Source: a virus (Duplodnaviria > Caudoviricetes). Taken from it: DNA of 64,000 nucleotides. The position numbers were made by a program, and so were the translations under genes. The stretch spans positions 1,667 to 65,666 of the IMG/VR virus record IMGVR_UViG_3300021963_000121, one strand, 5' to 3'. This document shows positions 58,032-64,000 of the stretch, piece by piece; position 1 is the stretch's first letter; the number at the start of each line of letters is the position of its first letter. The notes below the pieces were generated by a model that had not been told where the DNA came from, did not search any database, and was given only the letters and a program-made list of their open reading frames with translations.

Positions 58032-58049
58032 CGTTGTAAGGAGCGCATC

Positions 58050-61000
58050 TTGTCAGAACTAGGTAGAATTTCCGGAGCAATGCTCAAAGACAATCTCGTC
58101 AGAGACGGGGTTGATCTTATCTTTGAAAATACCCTTGGTGATAATAACCTGTACCTTGACGTAATTACCGGCAAGGTTGGTATCAACACCGATGCGTTAA
58201 CTAGAGAACTCACAGTTAACAATAGTATTAGAACTATTAATTTAATTGTTGACAACTATTTTCAAATAGATGATTGGGTCATAGATGGCCTAAACAATAC
58301 TTTTACATATCTACCCACCAATGTAGTCACAAACAGTGTTATCAACACAGACACTTTAAAAACCACTAGCGGATTACAGTTTAACGATCATTCAATTTCT
58401 ACCACAGTATCAAACGCTAGTATAGAATTAAAACCGCATGGTACTGGAATTGTTGAAACTACTTCTAGTCTTGATGTTAGTGGAAATTTACATTCAACTG
58501 GTGACATAACATTTGACGGAACTATTACCTTTGGTAATCAAAATAACGATTCTGTAACTTTTAATGTTGAGGTAGACAGTGACCTTATACCAAATGTTTC
58601 AGACTCATATCGTCTTGGCTCAAGCCTAAGCGGATTGGTATTAGACGGAGAATATGCTAACTCGCTAGCAGTAACTTTTGTCGATGCCGGCAGCGCATCA
58701 ACAATAACATTTACAGGAATAGCCGACGGCGGAACAAGCGATGCCCAGGCAAAAAAATGGCGAGAGTTACATACTCAATTTGTTAACAGCTTACTTTTAA
58801 TATCACCAAGTATATCATTTCCTGGTATTACAAATATTGCTACTAGACCAGGCAATACCTATTACGTAGCAAACAATGGAAACAACAGTAACGTAGGGGA
58901 CCACCCAAGTGGACCATTTGCTTCTGTAAAATACGCCTTGTCACAGTGTGTTAACGGTGACACAGTTTATATTCTTCCAGGGGAGTATCAAGAAATATTT
59001 CCATTAACTGTGCCCCAAGGCGTAACAGTTAAAGGTACAGGCCTTCGTTCTGTAAAAATTACACCAACCCCAGCAACCAACGATAAAGATGCTTTCTTAC
59101 TCAACGGTGAAACTACAATTTCAGATTTAACAGTAGCTGGATTTTATTATAACAGCAGTACCGGTACTGGATATGCTTTTAGATTTGCCCCAAATATCAA
59201 TGTTGTTTCAAGATCACCGTATGTACAGAATATTACAGTATTAACAGAACCCAACCTTCCATTAATTGAAGCAGGTCGCGGGGCATTTGTTGATGGATCA
59301 GTAGCAGCCACAACATCTAATCAAGCTACAATGTTATTTCATTCTGTAACTTTTATAGTTCCAGGTTCTATTGGTCTTTTTATGACCAACGGTGTGCGTG
59401 TTGAATGGTTAAATTCATTTACATATTTTGCCAGCAAAGGACTCTATGCTACTAACGGTTCATTAGGTTTTGCTGGCCAAGCAACATCATTTGGTGCCGA
59501 ATTAAGAAGTATTGGATCGGCTTGCGTTTACGGCGACGTAGGTGCTGAAGGCAACGGTAATGCTGTTATTATGTATTTGATACAACATAATTTTGGTTAT
59601 GTTGGGTCTGGGTTAGTAAAAACAAATGATCCTACGTTGACTATACAAGATAACGAAGTTGTACCATTAAATGACGCAAAAATATATTATCAAAGCGATG
59701 ACGCACAAGGTAATTTCCGTGTAGGCGAAGCGTTCTTTGTAGATCAAGCTACAGGATTTGTTACATTAAATGGCATTGGTCAAAACGTTGGAGGTATTAA
59801 TGAAATAATTTTATCCAACGGCCCAGATATTGTAAAATTATTGCCTACAGAAGTTGACGCAAACAATATTAAATTTAAAGACAATACTATTTCAAGCATC
59901 AGCGGTAGTATCAATATTGATGCTATTAATAATATTTTAAATCTTAATCAAAATGTAACAGTTAGTGCTAATTTGTCAATGACTGGAAATTTCAATGTTG
60001 AAGGTACATTAGCAGTTGGAAATCAAACCATAGACCAAGTTCAGTTTGATGCTGAAATCAATAGCGATTTACTGCCTAAGGTAACTGAAATTAATAGCCT
60101 TGGTTCAAATTCATTAGTGTGGAAAAATTTATCTGTTGTAGATGTAACTCTTGATAACATTAAAATCAGCGGAAATAAAATTGCCACTACTGTATCAAAT
60201 TCTGATTTAGAATTAACAGCCGCTGGCGCCGGCGTAGTGCGTTTACTAAGCCCAACTGATATTGACAACAACTTCACAGTTAACGGTTTGACTAATTTAC
60301 AATCTGTTACTAATACTGGAAATTTATCAATAGTTGGTGATATTACTCAAACCGGAAATAAAACACAGTTAGGCAACCTATTATTAAACGGTGCGTTCAC
60401 ACTCAATAACTTAACAATGAATGTAGGCAATATTTCTGTTGTTGGAAATACTATATTGACTACTACTTCAAACAGTGATTTAAATTTTATTGCGTCGGGT
60501 ACTGGTCTAATATCAGCACCAACTAATAATGTTGTTATTACAAACGATTTGTTCATTGGCGGTCAGTTTTCAACGCCATCATTAACTGTTGACAATCAAG
60601 TTAGCGCAGATTCTTTATACAACGGCAACATACAGATACAAGGAAATCAAGTTAAAACAACGCTGTCTAACAGTGATCTAGATCTTGCGGCTGTGGCCAC
60701 AGGCAAAATAATCATACAGGACTCTTTACAAGTTGGTCAAGATTTAAATGTAGACGGTTTAACAAATTTTGAATCAACAGTTATCAACGGAACACTTACA
60801 GATAACGGCCTAACAACTCGCATCGGAAACACAACTCAAACAGGTAATCTAAATCTTGTTGGCGATTTAACAGTTACAGAAACTGTTCAATTTACTGAAA
60901 TTAATATTACCGATAACGTTATTCGTACAACTACATCAAACGCAGATTTAGAATTAGTAGCAGGCGCAGGAAACATAGTTGAAATTGTTGATAATGTTCA

Positions 61001-62891
61001 AATAACAAAAAACTTAACAGTTGCTGATACACTAACCGTAGACGATGTGACTATTCTTAATCGACTATCGATGGATCGGTTAACCAACGGCGAAATATTA
61101 GTAGACGACAACAGCATTTACACCACTACTTCAAATGCTGATTTAGAACTTGCTGCCAACGGCACTGGCAAGATATTAATTTCTGACAGTGTCATAATTT
61201 CTAACAATTTAACTGATAATGGTACTGTTAATCTTTCTACAACAAACATAAATGGCAATGTAACGGTACAAAATCTAGCCAATGCGCTGATAACACAAAC
61301 TGGTAATCGAATTCAGGCTGGAGATTTTGATCTAACAGGCACATTAACGCAGAGCAACGGAATAGCCCAACCGGTAAATTTAGCCAACATTAGATTAATA
61401 TCTAATAGGATAACCACAGTTGACAGTAACAGTGATCTAGAACTACGTGCCGCTGGCAGCGGTAATATAGTTATGGCCACTAACCCTGTAATTTTTGGGC
61501 AGAACTTATTAGTAAACAGTACATTGGCTGTAGAGAATATCACTGTTGGCAGAGTCAACTTCAATGGAATTAGCACAGGTACTATTTTAGTCGATGACAA
61601 TTTTATTACAACAACTACATCAAATGCTGATTTAGAACTTAGAGCAAACGGCGCTGGAATTATTTCTGTACCTGTCAACAATTTTGAAACATACGATTTA
61701 ACAGTACAGGGCATTACCAATATTAAAAATACGTCAGTTAGCGGGTTATTATCCGTAACCGGTACAATAAATCGAACAGGAAATTATACATCCATAGGTG
61801 CTTATAATCTAACAGGCGATTTAACAACTAATTCAGAAGCTAGATTTGAAAATTTTAACTTTACTGATAATAGAATCTTTACAACATTATCAAGCAGCGA
61901 TGTAGAATTACGTGCTGCTGGTACAGGTGTTGTTAGATTTAATGATTTTACAAATATATCATTAAATCTTTCTGTTGCTGGTAACATGAATATCAATACA
62001 TTATCTGTAGCAGCATTGATTCAAGCAGATAGTTTTTACGATGACGACATACGCATCAAAGATAATTTTATAACAACAACATTATCTAACAGCAATTTAA
62101 ATCTAAAAGGTGATGGTACAGGCGGTGTGTTAGCTGAAGAAATCTTATTTAGAAATAATTCTATAATAGCCAATACTACTAACGCTGATATTACATTGAC
62201 TCCCGCAGCAGGAAAAAATGTTATAGTTAACAAATCTAATGCGCTTAGATTGCCCAATGGAACTACTGCTCAAAGACCTGTTGGTGTTAATGGCGGATTG
62301 AGATACAACACCACTACTGCTAGAGTAGAAGGATGGAGTGCTGGAGCCACAAAACCATTCAATGGAGTATATTCTGCGGATAAAAACACTAGAGTTACTG
62401 CGTCGGATACATCAAATATTTTAAATTTTGTAGCAGCAAATACCGCAACTATGGAATTTACCACTACTGGGCTAAGATCTAACGGTCTGCTTGTAAACAA
62501 CAATATAGATTTAAATGAGCGTACATTTAGTTCTCAATCTAACGGTAACATAAATCTAACTCCAAACGGTACAGGTACAACGTTGTTAGATCAAACAACT
62601 GTAAATTCTAATCAATTTTTAAACCTAAGCAATAGTTTGCCAATGACCATTAACAGCACTGGTTTTGGATATGTGAAATTTAACTCAACAACAGCATTGG
62701 TAATTCCCAGTGGCGACAACAGCACACGCCCATTAACTCCTGAAGTTGGTGATCTTCGCTTTAACACTCAAATACAATCTCCAGAAATATTCAATGGTAC
62801 TGAATACACTACACTAGCTGGCGATTCAGTAACCGCTACAGAAGCAGAAATAGACGACCTAAGCCAGCTCTACGGCATCCTACTTGGTTAA
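58050..62891 (+). CDS. Large fibre protein with DUF1565/pectin-lyase-like beta-helix and SNADLEL repeats
   Basis: YYVANNGNNSN.G.HP.GPFASVKYAL...GDTVYILPGEYQE..PL.VP.GV.VKG; about nine ITTTTSN(A/S)DLELxAxGxG repeats; two LRLP.GT..RP...G.LR(Y/F)N modules. Confidence 0.75.
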   Translation: MSELGRISGAMLKDNLVRDGVDLIFENTLGDNNLYLDVITGKVGINTDALTRELTVNNSIRTINLIVDNYFQIDDWVIDGLNNTFTYLPTNVVTNSVINTDTLKTTSGLQFNDHSISTTVSNASIELKPHGTGIVETTSSLDVSGNLHSTGDITFDGTITFGNQNNDSVTFNVEVDSDLIPNVSDSYRLGSSLSGLVLDGEYANSLAVTFVDAGSASTITFTGIADGGTSDAQAKKWRELHTQFVNSLLLISPSISFPGITNIATRPGNTYYVANNGNNSNVGDHPSGPFASVKYALSQCVNGDTVYILPGEYQEIFPLTVPQGVTVKGTGLRSVKITPTPATNDKDAFLLNGETTISDLTVAGFYYNSSTGTGYAFRFAPNINVVSRSPYVQNITVLTEPNLPLIEAGRGAFVDGSVAATTSNQATMLFHSVTFIVPGSIGLFMTNGVRVEWLNSFTYFASKGLYATNGSLGFAGQATSFGAELRSIGSACVYGDVGAEGNGNAVIMYLIQHNFGYVGSGLVKTNDPTLTIQDNEVVPLNDAKIYYQSDDAQGNFRVGEAFFVDQATGFVTLNGIGQNVGGINEIILSNGPDIVKLLPTEVDANNIKFKDNTISSISGSINIDAINNILNLNQNVTVSANLSMTGNFNVEGTLAVGNQTIDQVQFDAEINSDLLPKVTEINSLGSNSLVWKNLSVVDVTLDNIKISGNKIATTVSNSDLELTAAGAGVVRLLSPTDIDNNFTVNGLTNLQSVTNTGNLSIVGDITQTGNKTQLGNLLLNGAFTLNNLTMNVGNISVVGNTILTTTSNSDLNFIASGTGLISAPTNNVVITNDLFIGGQFSTPSLTVDNQVSADSLYNGNIQIQGNQVKTTLSNSDLDLAAVATGKIIIQDSLQVGQDLNVDGLTNFESTVINGTLTDNGLTTRIGNTTQTGNLNLVGDLTVTETVQFTEINITDNVIRTTTSNADLELVAGAGNIVEIVDNVQITKNLTVADTLTVDDVTILNRLSMDRLTNGEILVDDNSIYTTTSNADLELAANGTGKILISDSVIISNNLTDNGTVNLSTTNINGNVTVQNLANALITQTGNRIQAGDFDLTGTLTQSNGIAQPVNLANIRLISNRITTVDSNSDLELRAAGSGNIVMATNPVIFGQNLLVNSTLAVENITVGRVNFNGISTGTILVDDNFITTTTSNADLELRANGAGIISVPVNNFETYDLTVQGITNIKNTSVSGLLSVTGTINRTGNYTSIGAYNLTGDLTTNSEARFENFNFTDNRIFTTLSSSDVELRAAGTGVVRFNDFTNISLNLSVAGNMNINTLSVAALIQADSFYDDDIRIKDNFITTTLSNSNLNLKGDGTGGVLAEEILFRNNSIIANTTNADITLTPAAGKNVIVNKSNALRLPNGTTAQRPVGVNGGLRYNTTTARVEGWSAGATKPFNGVYSADKNTRVTASDTSNILNFVAANTATMEFTTTGLRSNGLLVNNNIDLNERTFSSQSNGNINLTPNGTGTTLLDQTTVNSNQFLNLSNSLPMTINSTGFGYVKFNSTTALVIPSGDNSTRPLTPEVGDLRFNTQIQSPEIFNGTEYTTLAGDSVTATEAEIDDLSQLYGILLG

Positions 62892-62902
62892 TTGTCCAAA
62901 CG

Positions 62903-63009
62903 ATAAATACATTTGATTACAGAAAAAGACCGTTTTCTGTATGATTAAACTGTGGTAAACCCGCAATGCAAGGTGGTTAACCGTGAAACACGGGGTGTGA
63001 GGAGAGCGA
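62903..63009 (+). promoter_or_regulatory. Late promoter plus ~95-nt structured 5' leader
   Basis: ATAAATA (62903-62909); hairpins at 62918-62941, 62951-62965 and 62981-62993 just before GAGGAG. Confidence 0.6.
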
Positions 63010-64000
63010 ATGAGCCAGCTTGGTCGTATTTCTGGTCCGCTCTTAAAGGCAAACCTTCTACGCCAAGGTGTGGATCTAGCCTTTGAGACCGACCTACTTT
63101 ATCTTGATGTAAACAACTTACGTATCGGCGTAAAGACCGCTAATCCTACACACGATCTACAAGTCAACGGAACAACAAGAACTACTAATCTAGAGTTAGA
63201 AAATAGATTAGACGTTGGCAACATCACAATAGAAAACAATACTATTACCAGTTCGACTGGTGATATCAATATTGTAACAAATACAGAATCAGCATTTGTA
63301 GCACCAAAGTTTTTAGTTGGTGATTTTACAATATTTGACAATGTTATACAAACTAATTCATCAAACGCAAACATAGAATTAAGACCAAACGGTACTGGTC
63401 AAGTAGAAATCTATTCCAATGCGCTAGTTAACGGTGATCTACATGTCACTGGAAATATTACCGCCGACGGCAACATTGAACTAGGCGACGCTAATACTGA
63501 CAATGTTGTATTCAACGCAGACATCGCCAGTGATATTATTCCTAATCTCAATGAAACATATACATTAGGTAGCAATCCTGCGCTGGGCGGAAAACGTTGG
63601 GCCGATACTTGGGTTAGAGATTTATATGCTGATGCCATATACACAGCTAACGTTATTATTGACGGCATTAATTTATCGTTTAGAGCAGACAACATCATCT
63701 ATGTGTCAGAAAACGGCAACGATACATACAGCGGAACACATCCAGCTGATCCTGTAAGAACTGTAAAACAGGCTCTTTCACAGGCAGTAAGCGGTGACAC
63801 CATACACATATACCCCGGTGTGTATCAAGAAATATTTCCATTAACTGTGCCAGTTGGAGTAACTGTTAGAGGTACAGGAATTCGTTCTGTGCGTATCGTG
63901 CCCACTACCGCTACAGAATACAATGACGGTTTTTTATTAAACGGTGAAACTACTGTTGAAGACCTAACAGTTGCTGATTTTTACAGTGGCGGCAATTATT
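63010..64000 (+). CDS. Paralogous large fibre protein (runs off window)
   Basis: Not in the ORF track because it is truncated. MSQLGRISGPLLKANLLRQGVDLAFETDLLYLDV parallels MSELGRISGAMLKDNLVRDGVDLIFE, and it has the same GDTIHIYPGVYQEIFPLTVP beta-helix start. Confidence 0.85.
   Translation, partial: MSQLGRISGPLLKANLLRQGVDLAFETDLLYLDVNNLRIGVKTANPTHDLQVNGTTRTTNLELENRLDVGNITIENNTITSSTGDINIVTNTESAFVAPKFLVGDFTIFDNVIQTNSSNANIELRPNGTGQVEIYSNALVNGDLHVTGNITADGNIELGDANTDNVVFNADIASDIIPNLNETYTLGSNPALGGKRWADTWVRDLYADAIYTANVIIDGINLSFRADNIIYVSENGNDTYSGTHPADPVRTVKQALSQAVSGDTIHIYPGVYQEIFPLTVPVGVTVRGTGIRSVRIVPTTATEYNDGFLLNGETTVEDLTVADFYSGGNY

Noticed and set aside
62945-62996. c-di-GMP-I riboswitch (GGTAAAC...GAAA resemblance)
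   Set aside because: It lacks the expected GNRA-capped P2 arrangement and the GCAAA-P3 segment; kept only as an unnamed leader.
330-63698. Many short ORFs antisense to, or in alternate frames of, long genes (e.g. 957-1301, 9453-9917, 40717-41256, 50724-51146, 52747-53235)
   Set aside because: Shadow ORFs produced by the codon bias of the real genes; no RBS, promoter or recognisable motifs.
1-64000. Stop-codon reassignment, as in some jumbo phages
   Set aside because: The standard code already gives near-complete coding density with intact long genes, so there is no fragmentation suggesting recoding.

Overview
A gene-dense, AT-rich segment of a large T4-superfamily-like myovirus (jumbo-phage style) read in the standard genetic code. 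No database search was run; product calls come from recognised motifs and gene order. 1-35508 (minus strand) is a baseplate/tail-fibre block: five paralogous fibre proteins, a 2OG-Fe(II) oxygenase, a 4958-aa giant wedge protein, and gp6-, gp25-, gp5-, hub-, gp53- and gp48/54-like genes. 35585-40400 (plus) is a sigma70-driven island: late sigma gp55, gp47/gp46, an Hc1-like basic protein, a minimal GIY-YIG nuclease, then a ~450-nt densely structured non-coding region. Next come a gp26/gp51-like chaperone pair joined by a textbook -1 frameshift signal, two paralogous tape-measure-like proteins (one intact and one degenerate M23 domain), the head module (gp20, gp21, gp22, gp23, with a Maf/DUF115-like gene inserted) and large fibre genes. 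T4-type late promoters (ATAAATA/TATAAATA) precede most structural units. The best leads are the GIY-YIG plus large structured RNA locus, the -1 frameshift cassette, and two structured late 5' leaders.
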